Positions 1-17,210 of a DNA stretch of 64,000 nt are shown piece after piece. The DNA comes from the human T2T-CHM13v2.0 reference genome, Homo sapiens. Under the pieces are notes generated by a model that saw only the letters and a program-made list of their open reading frames with translations, had not been told where the DNA came from and searched no databases. The stretch is taken from the NCBI RefSeq assembly GCF_009914755.1, contig NC_060936.1. One strand, 5' to 3'. Numbering within the stretch: position 1 is the stretch's first letter; each line of letters starts with the position of its first letter. The translations under genes were made by a program, and so were the position numbers.

Positions 1-1950
1 TCCAGAAAGGACTCACTTCTGTTTTTCCAGTCTTGGAACGCTGAAAGATTTGGCACAGTCTAACCACCTGGAGGAAAATGGATACAGTGACTTGGGCTGG
101 TAGATGTCATTGTTCCTCTCCCCTGCTCAGCACAGAGCAAGCTTATAAGAATGCCAGCATTTAGCCTCTCCTGAGGAGGGAAAGAATTGATCCATAACTC
201 CTCCAGGCCTTCCCAAAGAACTTGCATCTGTCTCACCAGTCCTGAAGCTCTAATGGGTTCAGTACAATCTAGTCACCTGGAGGAGAGAAGAAACAGTAGC
301 TCTGGCTAGTAGATGCCATAGCTCTCCCCTACCCATGGCTTAGCACAGGGCAAATAGGCAAAACACAGCTAACTGCTTCTTCCTGGGGAGGGAAGGAGTT
401 GGAAGAGACCCTCATAATCTATGACTAGGCTGACTGGTGGGGGTCTTCACCTTTACCATGCCAGTTTATGAAGACTGAGAGAGGTACCCGCTTTGTCTAA
501 CATGTAGACACAACACAGGGGGTCAAGAAAAATGAAGCACCAGGCAAAGATGTTCCAAACAATGGAATGAAATAAATCTTCAGAAAATGACCTAATGAAA
601 CAGTTATTTAACTTGTCTGATAGAGAATTAAAAATAGCTCTCATGAAGATGCTCATTGAGGTTAAGAGAAACAATGCATGAACAAAATGAGAATTTCAAG
701 GAAGAGGTAGCAAATATTTAAAAGCATCAAAGAGAAATATAAGATATGAAGCTGAAGAACACAAATGACCTGAAAAATTCACTAGAGGGGTTCAGCAGCA
801 TACTAGATCAAGCAGAAGAAAGGATCATCAGTGAACTCAAAGACAGGTCACTGATAATAATTCCTTCAGAGGAGCAAAAAGAAAAAAGAATGAAAAAGAG
901 TAAAAGTAAGCCTAAGAGAATTACAGAACACCATTAAGCAGACCAAATATGTATTGTGAGAGTTTCAAAAGGAGAAGAAAGAGAGAAAGAATGAGAAAAC
1001 TGATTCAAAGAACTAACAACTGACAGCTTCTCAAATCTTAGGAAGGGAATGAACATCCAGATCCAAGAAACCCAAAGGGATGCCAAATATGAACCTAGGG
1101 AAATCCATGGGCCAGGCACAGTGGCTCACTCCTGTAATCCCAGCACTTTGGGAGGCCAAGGTGGGCAGATCATTTGAGGTCAGGAGTTCATGAGAAGCCT
1201 GACCAACATGATGAAACCCCATCTCTACTAAAAATACAAAAAGTAGCTGGGCATGGTGGCGGGTGCCTGTAATCCCAGCTACTTGGGAGGCTGAGGCATG
1301 AGAATCACTTGAAACTGAGAGGCAGTGGTTGCAGTGAGCCAAGATCATGCCACTGCACTTGAGCCTAGGCAACAGAGCAAGACTTCAACTCAAAAAGAGA
1401 AAAAAAAAGAAAGAAAGAAAAGAAAAAGAAAAAAAAAAGAAATCCACACTGAAATGCATTATACTCAAATTGTCAAAAGCCAAAGACAATACCAATTTTG
1501 AAAGCAGCAAGAGAAACAATTTGTCACATACAAGGGGTCCTCCAGTAGATTATCAGCAGATTTTTCAGCAGAAACCTCACAAGCCAAAAGGGAGTAGGAT
1601 GATATATTTGAAGTACTGAAAGAAGAAAAACCTGCCAACAAAGAATACTATACCCAGAAAAACTCTCCTTCAAAAATGAAAGAGAGGTAAAGCAGAAACC
1701 TCACAAGCCAAAAGGGAGTGGGATGATATATTTGAAGTACTAAAGAAGAAAGCCTGCCAGCCAAGAATACCATACCCAGAAAAACTCTCCTTCAAAAATG
1801 AAAGCGAGATAAAGACTTTCCCAGACAAACAAAAGCTGAAGTTCATCACCACTACACCTACCTTAAAATAAATGCTTTAAAAAGTTCTTCAAGTTGAAAC
1901 GAAAGGCCACTAAGCAGTAACTCAATAGCAGAAGAGTGTGAAATGTATTG
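1..1950 (+). mobile_element. Old L1 (L1M-type) 5' UTR and ORF1 remnant
   Basis: ORF1-like peptides (LKNSLEGFSSILDQAEERISELKDR; SFKNESEIKTFPDKQKL). Diverged ~209-bp monomers in the 5' UTR. Interrupted by an Alu. Confidence 0.85.
1110..1438 (+). mobile_element. AluS inside L1
   Basis: Dimeric Alu with A tail; TSD GAAATCCA. Confidence 0.95.
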
Positions 1951-2056
1951 GCAGAGGAGGCATAACTTATAGCTTGTTACTGGCAACACACAATTTGCCA
2001 TCTGCTATAATTTCTGACCACTGATCTACTTTTACCTGATATAAAAGATGTTTGTG

Positions 2057-2474
<418 letters not shown>

Positions 2475-2954
2475 CTAACTAAGCATACCATGTAGCAGCT
2501 AACTGAAGGACAATGACCAAAATATCTTATTGGGTTTCTGATTGTTTAAAAGTTATCACTCAAGAAGAGCCCATTTTGTAGGATAACAAATGTAGAACAA
2601 TTCAAGTGTTGCACTGCTGTTGCCATTCATATTTAGCTTGGAGATAACAAGACACACAAAAATAACACTCCTCTGTCTGTATTTATCCTGCAATCATATG
2701 TGCCTAATTAAACTGTATTCAGAACTATGCATGTAAATCATGATAAATCTTTCAGATCCAAATTAAGGTAATGGGATAGTCCTGGTCCCAAAGCCAAATT
2801 TAAAATCTAGGTCCATATCTAATTAGAAAATATCCTCAGTGCTTTTCCCAGGTCATTTTATAATACTGGAACCATTAGGAGCATCCCTTTAGAGATTTTG
2901 ACACAACATATTTGACTTTGCCTCCTTAGAGTTTCTAGAGTGACAAAGCAATTG

Positions 2955-3541
<587 letters not shown>

Positions 3542-4454
3542 CAATTGTTTTTTAATTTGATGATGAGGAGTCTTCTGATATTTAGACCCCTGCTCAGTAT
3601 AACACCAAGAAAATCCCAGAGAAAGGTATCTTGATTAAAAGATTATGTTTAACATAATAATCAAACAGTAATAATATTTATTTCTGAGAAAGTAAACTCA
3701 AATACCAGGGTTAGGGTGGCAGGATAATTTATTTTCATGGCATACTTTTTACCCTGTTTAAATAGTTTAATATGATACATATTAATTTTCAGAAATAATG
3801 ATCATGGACTTTTCAAATAGTATGGCAAAAAAGAAAAATAACTTCTTATATTCAATTTCCATATTTCTATATTTGAAACAAATTGCTACTTTTTACTTCA
3901 GAATTATGCATATGTCTTGAGAATAAAAATCTCATCCTGTCTGACTTTTGGGGCCCAGGGTTGTATAACAGTTTTCTATATGAAGAAGTTATAAAGTCAA
4001 ATAAGTCCCTCATTCTAATTTTTGGCCCAAACCAGGACCATGTATACCCAAAATGAAGAACTACATAACTGACAGCTCAAGACTTCCATGGTTGCTGGTT
4101 GATCAGTCACCTGAACAACTCAGAACTCTGCTTAGAAAGTAGACAGTAAACACAAGATCACAATGGTGTCTCATGTGCGATGCCAAGAAATATTGTGGGC
4201 TTTATCCTGCCCTGGGTCACAGCCTCAAACACAATATTGAGTTGCAAGCATAATGTAAGTCCAGGGTGGAAGCATGCACAGAAGTCAGACCTCCTCTCTT
4301 TGCTTTCTTTTCTAGCAAATGCCTAGGGAAATTTTCCTTCTTAAGGCTATTACTATTATCTTTATTATTAATGCTAAAATAACAATGTTGAGAATTTTAA
4401 TCATTGTGATGATGCTAATAATGACTAGTATTAATCAGAAGTCTGTTCTGGCCA

Positions 4455-5003
<549 letters not shown>

Positions 5004-7412
5004 TAGTGAAATTAATTGCATAATGCCTGCCAACAAGAGAATCCGAGCTCTTTAGGTTTCTAAAAATCTCATTAGATTGTTTTTACATTTACTTTTCGGT
5101 CAATCTTGAATTATCTAAGGGAAGATATGTATATCTAGCCCTCTTGGATTACCTACATTATTGCTTTGCTAACTTTTTTTTAATCCCTTAGGATTCATGT
5201 CCTATCCTATCAGGGAAGGAGGGAAACCAGAAGAGGTAGAAGATAGATCAGTCAGTTGTGCTACTATAACAGCTTTGAGTACAGCTGAGAGGCTTTGAAA
5301 CTAACATATAAAATTAAGCTTCAGGATTATCTGCTTCTTTAGTACTTCATTCATCTGGATATAATGAGATGAGTCAGCCAGTAGCCAAATCCCACTTACA
5401 ATTGTAATGTAAGTATTAAAAGGAAAAACTTTACATATTATACTTCTGCCATTGTTGCCCAAATAATTTTGCATAATTTATGTTTTTTTATGGTTGGAAT
5501 TCTGCAAATATAATTTATGAATAGCATTTAATTGCTATTAAATTATGAAGGCAAGCTAATATATTAATTACTTTCATATCTATTTTTTCCTCTTTTGCTT
5601 TACTATAATTTTTCAGAAACTAGCCATATTAATAATCCAAAAGTTATGCAGACAAATCAGAATCTGTCTCATATGTGATGATTTCTAGACATGATGATCC
5701 ACAATTTCCCTTGATATTTCTTTCCTGAATTTTTCGGTACTCATTGAAGGAATTGCTCTTTCATATCTAAATCCTATTCCTGTGGATGAGACGCATTTCT
5801 TACTGCTCCATCCCTGGGAGAAAGAGTAGCTTGCCATAGGAACAGGGAAGGGTTACTTTATATACTATGAAATGTTCTGAGTTTTATATATGTGAAAAAG
5901 ATCCAGAAATTAAATTTTAATAAGCCTCCAGATTTGGGCAGCAATCAAAGGCTTCCTCTATAGCAACAATTACACACATCACTGATCTGAGATCAAATAT
6001 TTATGTCTTCTCCTACATGCTAGAGAACTAGCATTTTGCTAGTTACTGTTATTACCAGGGCAATTCAATAGAGGGCAAAAGAGACTAAAAATGTCATTTC
6101 ACATTGGAAATTGTAAGAAAAAGCAATAACAAGCCTGGAAAAGATTAAATGCAATTGGAAATGAGTCTAAACTGAAATAAAATACTGTATTTTAGTAGAT
6201 TTTAGTAGGGCTATAATTTTAACTTCTACTAAAAAACTGTCGTTTTGCCTATCGCTGAAAAGAAGACACAAAAGAAGACAAAAAGCCTGATGCTAGCAGG
6301 AAACAAAAGCTCTTCCCCATTTCCTAAAAGTACTTTCTTTTCTAGAAGTATATTGTTTGAAGGAGACTCTTCCATTATGCCTTGGGGAAAATGTAACCAT
6401 TTTTTAAAAAATGAAATATAAATTATTCTCCCCTTTGGAAAAACTTTGTTTCCTTTGGTGTTGTTAACATAGAAGGCAGTGAATAATTTCTGCTCATTGC
6501 AGGACCCCATCAAACAATACCAATGTCTCATTTACCTTAAAGGACTAGAGTTTGCTTTGCATTGCCAGCAATATCACTGCCACCATTATCACCACATTAT
6601 CAATTGCTATACTGTAATATCTTTGGGTGTGCAATCTTGCAGTAAATGCTCCTGCACCAGGTATTTTTCCAGAACTATTATAGAGCTACCTTTGAAGAAT
6701 TTGTGATTTAGGAACTTACACTAAATTATTATATCCCCATCTTACATGACTTTATTTCTTTTCTGTTCACATTTCTGGTGATTTTACTTGGTTTCAAAGA
6801 AGCTATAAAATTCTGTTATTTATTCTCAGTGGGTTCCAAATACACAACCCAACTGGCCTCTCTGGGACCTCAATCTCCACTGGGGCCTCTAAACTAGGAA
6901 TGGCTGCAGTGAGGATATGGTCCTTGGATGAAGTGCTTGTATAATCCAGATCAGCAGGCAGGGCTCGGTGAGAAAAGGGAACTGGTCATGGATGGCAGGC
7001 AGTTCTAAACGAATGGCCTGCCTGGCCAGAATTCAGAAGAGGGAGAGAACTCGGGCTCTACCTGAGTCTGGAAAGGCTTCACGGAGAAGGATCTTGAAGC
7101 AGGGATAAGGTTCACAGGGGGCTAAGAGTGGAGGAAAGTTGATCTCCAGATGATGTAATGTGAAGTAATGGGTAGATGGAAGGAGCCAGAAATGTTCAGG
7201 AAGCTGTAAAGAGACCTGTCTGGCGATGGTAGTGTTTATGAAGACAAGAAGTAGGAGGTAAGGGTGAACAAGCAGGTTGTAGCTGGCCTTGAATGGCAGG
7301 CTCAGAGATCTGAATTTTATTCTCCATTCATGTGGGAGTTGCTGAAGATTTCTGAAATAGGGAAGTGACAGGATGAAAGTGCTGTTCAAAGAAGATGAAT
7401 GAGGAAGCTAAA

Positions 7413-8058
<646 letters not shown>

Positions 8059-8059
8059 G

Positions 8060-8212
8060 AGGCCTGAGGTTTAAACAATTTGGGGAACCTTCTTTAAGAA
8101 AAGGAATACAAAATTACAAATACAAAACTAAATATGTGGCTTTGGAAGGGGCATATGCAAATGAGGGCCCCTGAGCATAAGCAACCTTAGCTTCATGATA
8201 AATCTTCATCTG
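8060..8212 (+). mobile_element. MER53-like hAT MITE
   Basis: GGCCTGAGGTTTAAACAATTTGGGG...AATACAAAATTACAAATACAAAA...GAGGGCCCCTGA matches the recalled MER53 consensus. Confidence 0.7.
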
Positions 8213-8392
8213 GTTGACCAGATAGACAAGGTGTCTGCTTTCTTGAAGCTTAGGTTCTAGAGGGAGTGGAGAGGAGAGATAGGCAATAAGCAAGTACACA
8301 AATGGGAATTTTTAGAGAATAATTACTCTGAAGCAAGTAAACTGGCATGGTAGAGTGGGGAGGAGGAGAAGAGAACAAGAAGAGCTCTGCTT

Positions 8393-8881
<489 letters not shown>

Positions 8882-8917
8882 CTACTGTGAGGTTCAGAAG
8901 CTGGATTTAGTTTTAAG

Positions 8918-9680
8918 CGTTTTGGTTATCTATTGCTACATAACAAACTATCTCAAAACATGGTATTTTAACGCAATTACCATTTTATGATTTCTCACAA
9001 TTCTGTGAGTTGACAGGCTCAGCTGCCTGGTTCTTCTGCTTTGTGTGGTGTCAGCTGGGACCACAGTTAGTTGAGGGTTCCACTAAACTGGACAGTCAAG
9101 ATGGCTCAGTCCCTTTTCTAGCACCTTGGCTGAGATGACTAGACAGCAGGACTCTGCTGGACACTGGCACAACTGGACTCTCTCTCTCTCCATGTTGTTT
9201 CAGCGTCTCTCTAATGCAGAGATATCCAATCTTTTGGCTTCCCTGGGCCACAATGGAAGAAGAATTGTCTTGGGCAACACATAAAATACACTAACATGAA
9301 TGATAGCTGATGAACTAAAATTTAAAAAAAAAATCACAAAAAAATCTCATAATGTTTTAAGAAAGTTTACAAATTTGTGTTGGGCCACATTCAAAGTTGC
9401 AGGCTGCATGTTGCCTGCAGGCTGTGGGTTGGACAAGCTTGCTCTAATGTGATCTCTCCAACAAGATACATAGACCTCTCATATGAAAGCTCACAGAATC
9501 TAAAATTACAAAAGTAGAAGCTGCTGAGACTTCTTAAAGCTTCAGCTTTAAAACTGGCACAGTATCACTTCTGCGTTCTACTGGCTCAAGTGAGTGACAG
9601 CACTCAGATTAAATGAGGGAGCTGAACACATGAGCATGTGAATATGGAGAGACATGGTTCACTGGAGGCCAGCTATCACA
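8918..9680 (-). mobile_element. MLT1 (MaLR) LTR
   Basis: Starts with GGTTATCTATTGCTACATAACAAAC, the reverse complement of the MLT1 3' end. Sits inside an L2. Confidence 0.75.
9217..9441 (+). mobile_element. MER30 (hAT-Charlie MITE) inside MLT1
   Basis: TCCAATCTTTTGGCTTCCCTGGGCCAC...GGTTGGACAAGCTTG with a perfect 8-bp TSD CTCTAATG (9209-9216, 9442-9449). Confidence 0.9.
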
Positions 9681-9729
9681 GAAGCCACTTACTTTTTAAA
9701 AGACCACTCTGGTTGTGGAGTATGAACTG

Positions 9730-10151
<422 letters not shown>

Positions 10152-10888
10152 TTAGAAGGCAATGGTAATACTCCAGATAAGACGTGGTGACTGCTTGAAC
10201 TATGGTGGTAGCTGTGGATATGGAAAGAAATAGATAAACTTGAGGATGGGATGAGAAAGTATAATCACCCAATAATAATCAATGTCTGGCATATGTTAAA
10301 ATAAAAAGTAGAGTAAAGCATTAGGACTGTAGTCATCAGGCAGCTATTAAAGATTTCTTGATGGGGAAATTAATAGAAGGAAAGTCATGTTTTAAGAAGA
10401 TTCACGTGGGAGCAGAGTACAGAGTGGATTCTGGTAGAAACAGAGCGCGGGAGAGGAAGAAAGTCCTGAGGTAGGAGACAAGTTAGGAAGTCCATTCTTC
10501 CCATGATCCAAGGATTAGACACTAAGTCCTAAACCATAGTGATAGCAGACAATATGGAAAGGATGAGAAGCCACAAGATGTGAGAAACATCATGAAGGCA
10601 GTGTTGACAGTACTTAGTGACTGCTTTGATGTGGAGATTAGGAAAAGAAAGGACCTTCTTTAGGGAAAAGAAGAAATTAGTGATGGGTCCAGCAATCAGG
10701 ATTAATTTACCAAGGTTCCAAGCCAGGATGGTGGAGATAGGTGGTACCACTGACAGAACTAGGAACGTTAGGAGAGGGAACTGGTTTTGGAGAAAAATAT
10801 AACATGTTCTCTGCAACACCTGTTGCTTTTGGTAGGGTCATTTAAATAGAAACACTAAGTCAGAAATGCCTTAGAAATACAACGTTGG

Positions 10889-11180
10889 GGCCAGGCGTGG
10901 TGGTTCACACCTGTAATCCTAGCACTTTGGAAGTCTGAGGCGAGATGATTGCTTCAGTCCAGGAGTTCGAGACCAGCCTGGGCAACATAGTGAGACCCCA
11001 TCTTTAAGAAAAATTAAAAAACTAGCCGAGTGTGGTGGCACATGCCTGTAAGTCCCAGGTACTTGGGAGTCTGAGGCAAGAGGATTACTTCAGCCCAGGA
11101 GTTCAAGGTTGCATGCCACTGTACTCCAGCCTGGGTGACAGAGTGAGACCCAGTCTCAAAGCAAAAAAAAAGGAAGAAAG
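10889..11180 (+). mobile_element. AluJ
   Basis: Diverged dimeric Alu with A tail. Confidence 0.9.
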
Positions 11181-11379
11181 AAGGAATATAAGATTGGACC
11201 TCATGGGAGAGCCATAGAGGTAGATCCATCACAATGTACATAGAGGTGCAGGTTGAAGCAATGGGCAGGAATGGGCTGTTGAGGGACAGAGAGAACAGAG
11301 GGTCAAGGGTAAAATGTTTTCAAAGATCAGATGTGAAAAAATGAGAGGACAGGAATGGTTGGTAGAATCAAAGGCTGCA

Positions 11380-11689
11380 GGCTGGGTGTGGTGGCACATG
11401 CCTACAATCCCAGTACTTTGAGGCCGAGATGGGTGGATCACTTGAGGCCAGGAGTTCAAGACCAGCCTAGCCAACACAGTGAAAACCCCAACTCTACTAA
11501 AAATACAAAAATTAGCCAGGCATGGTGGCTCACACCTGTAGTCCCAACTAGTTGAGAGGCTGAGGCAGGAGAATTGCTTCAACCTAGGAGGTGGACGCTG
11601 CTGTGAGCCGAGATCACACCATTGCACTCCAGCCTGGGCAATAGAGTGAGACTCCGTGTCAAAAAAAAAAAAAAAAAAAAAAAAAAAAA
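11380..11689 (+). mobile_element. AluS
   Basis: Full Alu with a pure A29 tail. Confidence 0.93.
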
Positions 11690-11728
11690 GCATCAAAGAA
11701 TCAATGATAAAAGCATTGAATTTGGTAA

Positions 11729-11845
<117 letters not shown>

Positions 11846-12242
11846 ATCTTTAGTAAGCTTTTAGAAAGCATTTGGAGTGACTGGAGCAAAGATCAAGTAG
11901 ATAAGATTTCAGGGACAAAGAAAAAGTGAAAGAAGGGGAAAGGGTTTGTGTCGACTGTGGTCCAGACAACTATGCTTTAGTGATTGTGTACAGAAGGAAA
12001 GAAAAAGTGTATATTTTACCATAAGAAGCCCAGCTATAAAGGAACCCATGGGCTTGGGTTATCCATTAGACCTATGCATCACTCTATATAATAATTTACT
12101 TGTAAAGATGAGAAAAATAAATAAAAACAAGCAAAGCTTGTGACATAGAAACAGTAGTTTAAAATAGACATGGTGTTTTTTTCTGCTCTGAAATAGAAAG
12201 AGTTCCCCCAACCTCTGCCTTTTTTTAAAGAAACTGATCACT

Positions 12243-12385
12243 AGCTGAGTGTGATAGCACATGCCTGTAGTCCAAGCTACTCAGGAGACCAAGGTGGGAG
12301 GATTGCTTGAGGCCAAGAGTTTGAGGCCAGCCTGGGCAACAGAGCAAGACCCCATTAAAACATTAAAAAAACAAAAAAAACCCAA
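12243..12385 (+). mobile_element. Monomeric Alu (FLAM/FRAM-like)
   Basis: Single arm with A-rich tail. Confidence 0.8.
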
Positions 12386-12645
12386 CAAACTAGTTAATCA
12401 CTGTTTCTTTGCCAAGAATATGAAAACATGGTTTATTCCTCTTTCAGCCTAACATATAGTTTCAAAGATCTCTGTTGGTAGGGGTTGGGTGGTGAGAAAG
12501 CTTTGAGAAAAAAGAAGACATTTTACTGTTTTCTTGAGTAACTCTTCCTGCATTAGCTAACTTTAAGCAAACTTATAGCTTGCTGCACCATACAACTTTA
12601 AAAATATCTCCTGTTACAGATTTGGCAAGGACATGGCAGGTTTGG

Positions 12646-12861
12646 TTTCCTTCCCTCCTTCCCTCCCTCCCTCCCTCCTTCCCTCTTTCCCTTCTTCCCT
12701 CCCTCCCTCCCTCCTTCCCTCTTTCCCTTCTTCCCTCCTTCCCTTCTTCTCTCCCTCCCTCCTTTCCTTTTTCTTTCTCTTTTCTTTTCTTTTCTTTCTT
12801 TCTTTCTCTCTCTCTCTCTTTCTTTCTTTCTTTTTCTTTCTCTCTCTCTCCCTCTTTCTTT
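12646..12861. repeat. Polypyrimidine (CCCT/CTTT/CT) compound microsatellite
   Basis: ~215 bp of C and T only, including a duplicated 36-bp unit. Confidence 0.95.
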
Positions 12862-13226
12862 AAGTGGCTATATTTTTTTCTCTAGCTTATATAACTTTTA
12901 CGTAAGTAGTTCATATCAGTCACAAGGCCAGGCTGCTAGAAGTTTAAGATGTTTTCAAGAAAAGTGGAGAAAACATTGGCATCTATAAGAAAAAAAAATT
13001 TTAACACCCCCACATTTTTGGGAACTTGACATACAATTCCAACTGTTTGTTCCTAAACTATGCCAATGAAATTTTTTTATTCATTATTTTACATTGCAGA
13101 CAGACAGATAACAGAACCAGAGTTCTCTAGCTCTTTTGTCTAAGAGGTAGTGACATGGCATTGGATTCAAGCAAATCTGAGTTTAAATTCCTGCTTCACC
13201 ACTTACTAGCTATGCCAGAGACTAAC

Positions 13227-13695
13227 TGTTTTAGTGTTCATTGTGACCTTATGTTTACTAATTAGTAGAATCTCCTAAGTTTCAGCTGGGCACAGCACTA
13301 CTCAGCCATAAGCTACATTTCCCAGCCTCGCTTGCAGCTAGATGGGGCCATGCAGCTAAGTTCAGGTTAGCAGGATGTAATTTGAAAGGATTTCCACAAT
13401 TTGGGGGCATCTACTTTGAGACAAAGCTACTTGCCTTGAATATTGTCTTTCCCCCTTCCCATAGGCTGAAACATGACTATGATGGTGACCTAGCTTTGGC
13501 CATGCAGGAGATGACAGTGGCAAGAGAAGGAAAATCTGGGTTTCAGATCGACATCATGGAGCAGAGCTGCGCCAACAACCTGAAATGCATGCTCACAGTG
13601 GCCTGTTAAGAGGGACAGAAATATAAACATTAATGAATGAAACCACTATATTTCGCAGTCTCTTTATTACAGCAGTTCAGACTATAACCTTGAAA
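13227..13695 (+). mobile_element. MLT1 LTR inside a MIR
   Basis: CTACATTTCCCAGCCTCGCTTGCAGCTAG...CTTTATTACAGCAG. MIR halves lie on both sides. Confidence 0.7.
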
Positions 13696-14404
13696 ATATC
13701 CTTGCTATGTGCCCTTTGTGTTTAACCCCTCAGAATCTCAGTTTCCTCTTCTGTAAACTGGGGATAATTTCTACCACACATCCACGATGTTGAAGACTAA
13801 ATGAGAAAACCAGAACCTCACACGAGAGGTGCCCAATGAATACAGCTGATCCACCAACAAGATTCTCCAGTAAATCTCCAATGTCTAGCACAGTGCCCAG
13901 CACATAGTATGCCCTCAATAAATATTTATTGAAAGAACAACTACTCAGCCACAGGCCAATCAGAGTGGAAGTTGTAAGTGCCCAGAAATCCTGAGTGATA
14001 ACACTCCTATTGTGAGGATTAATTGATGCCACATATGTGAAAGTCCTTAGCAAATGCATGACTCATACGTAGTAAGGCACTCAAATAAAAGTTTTCATCA
14101 GACTGTAAGCTTCTTGAGGATGAGTTCTGTGTCTTGTTCACCACTATGTCCCAAGTGAACAGCCCACAGTAAGAGTAAGTAAATATTTGTTGCATGAGGA
14201 GAACATTGATATACAATGGGTGAGCTATTTTTATCCCCATCAGGTATCTTCTTCCCACACAAAAGAAGGAAATTGACATACAAAAGTTAAGCAATTTGCC
14301 CAAGTTGACACAGCTTCTAAGTAGCATAGTAAAGACTTAAGCTAAGTTTACCCTTACTAGGTTCATATTTGGAGATCTTCTAATTTTCAACCTAGGTAGA
14401 TACT

Positions 14405-14724
14405 CTTTTTTCTTTTTCTTTTCTTTTTTTTTTTTGAGACATAGTTTCACTCTTGATCTTGTCACCCAGACTGGAGTGCAATGGCGTGATCTTGGCTCAC
14501 TGCAACCTCCACTTCCCGGGTTCAAGCAATTCTTCTGCCTCAGCCTCCTGAGTAACTGGGATTACAGGCGCCCGCCACCATGCCCAGCTAGTTTTTGTAT
14601 TTTTAGTAGAGACGGGGTTTCACCATGTTGGTCAGGCTGGTCTCAAACTCCTGACCTCAGGTGATCTACCCACCTTGGCCTCCCAAAGTGCTGGGATTAC
14701 AGGTGTGAGCCACCGTGCCCGGCC
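14405..14724 (-). mobile_element. AluS
   Basis: Full Alu; TSD GATACTCTTTTT. Confidence 0.95.
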
Positions 14725-16279
14725 GATACTCTTTTTCTAGAGCAGACTTTAAGACAAGTATGAGGAGAGAATTGAAAAGAGGAAGCTGAGTTGGAATGTT
14801 TTCTCTCATTTTACAGATTTGCTTAGCACATAATATGAGGGTATACTCAGTGCTTAGCAAATCTGTAAAATACATAACCCTACAGCAGGGAACATTCTTC
14901 CCATTCCTTGCTTCTTAGAGGGCCTACACTGTTTAAAAGCATCTCCTCTCATTTTTTCCTCCTATTTATGTATAACTAGACCTTTTGGATCCCTATGGAA
15001 AAACAATTCAACAACTTTTTTTAAAGACTCATTGTTAAGTGACCAGATTAACAAATATTCACCCTTTAGCCTTGGGTAGTATTTATATCACAGAAGAGAT
15101 AAAAGGAGAAGCCACCAGCATGGCTATCATGTTCTTACTCTAGCTGATTTGAAATGCCCTTTACACTTTCATCTTAACTACCAAAACAATAGATGAGTCA
15201 CTGATCCTCAGCAAGATAAGTCACTGTTCTTCAGCGAGGGGATAAGCAGAACTAGTTCTCCTATCAGGATGAGGAGTTAATTATAAATGGTTTGGTTAGA
15301 GTGGGCTTGAGGAAATGCTGATGGGGGCAGGGTTCTTCTCTCTAGTGTATCCTCCCTCCCCGTTATCATTCTATAAACAGTTACTACTTTTAGAGGTGTA
15401 TTGTTTTTAACAACTGTTTGATAATGAAGATACTGGCTGATTCCGTTTTAAGGTAGATGCTTTTGCAGGGATATTTTTAAATTAAAAAAAAAAAACAAAA
15501 CAGGTAAGGATGAAAAGTTCCAGGTGAGAACAATGGCCCCTTTATAGCCTTTTTCTCTGTTTAGATTCAGAAATGCTGTCTCTATGGTATCCCTGGACTG
15601 CTTGCTGGCCTTTGAAAAATGGAAACCTATAAGTGATCGTCCTTCCATATTGCTTCTCGGGACCCACTGACCCCAATAAAATAAATTGATATTTATTTGT
15701 ATTATATATTACATGTGTCCATGTGTTTGAGTGTGTGTATTTCCAGGTTTAGAAAGTTTGTACAAGTATTACCTGTAAATACTGTATTTGGTCTGAGACA
15801 TCTATGAGGACATTTAATTTTTTTTCTGTCTTCATTCTTTCTTTTTAACCACTTTCTTCTCTTACCACTCATTAGTCTTTTTTTCTAACCTGATACACAA
15901 AGGTGGATATTGTTTAATGTGGCCATTTAGAAACCATGTCAGTTATCTTCCTGCCCTCTCTTCCGCCCCTGAATATGGGGAAGAAAGAGGCTCTGAAGGT
16001 TTGCTATCCTGGGTATAAGTATATGGACTCCCCTTTGTGAGAAGCTGTAGCCATGAAAGACAGAATCTGCCTTCCACCCAAGGTGGTTCCCTGGGGCCAT
16101 GATTGCCTTTCCACATGGATGCTTTACACCTATGTGGAAAACAAGGCCACCCGACATTTACCCCAATCGTGGTAAAATACATAGGTGAGGAAGACCTCTG
16201 CCCCATACAGCCTTCCCTCACCTGAACTTCCTGTGAATTCTGAGGTCTGGACTAGGTCCTGATAGAAAAAAAAGAAAAA

Positions 16280-16579
<300 letters not shown>

Positions 16580-16854
16580 CCTTCTCAAAATAAAAAGGGA
16601 ACAAAGGTGCATTTGAGAAGAGGGAGAATTTGGAGATGGACCAGGGTTTAAATTGTTGACTTAGTGAACAGAGGGGAAAAAATATTATGATGCTAGCAGC
16701 CTTTTCTGGAATTTCCAGACCTTTGGTAAAAATCCTAAGCCTTTTTTCTGTGTATGAGACATAGGAGTAGCAGGGAGGTGCAGGTAGGTGCAGCCAGGAG
16801 AGAAGAGGGAAAGGATGCAGATTTACGTCAGAGAGATTCCTTGTGAAGAAGTAA

Positions 16855-17210
<356 letters not shown>

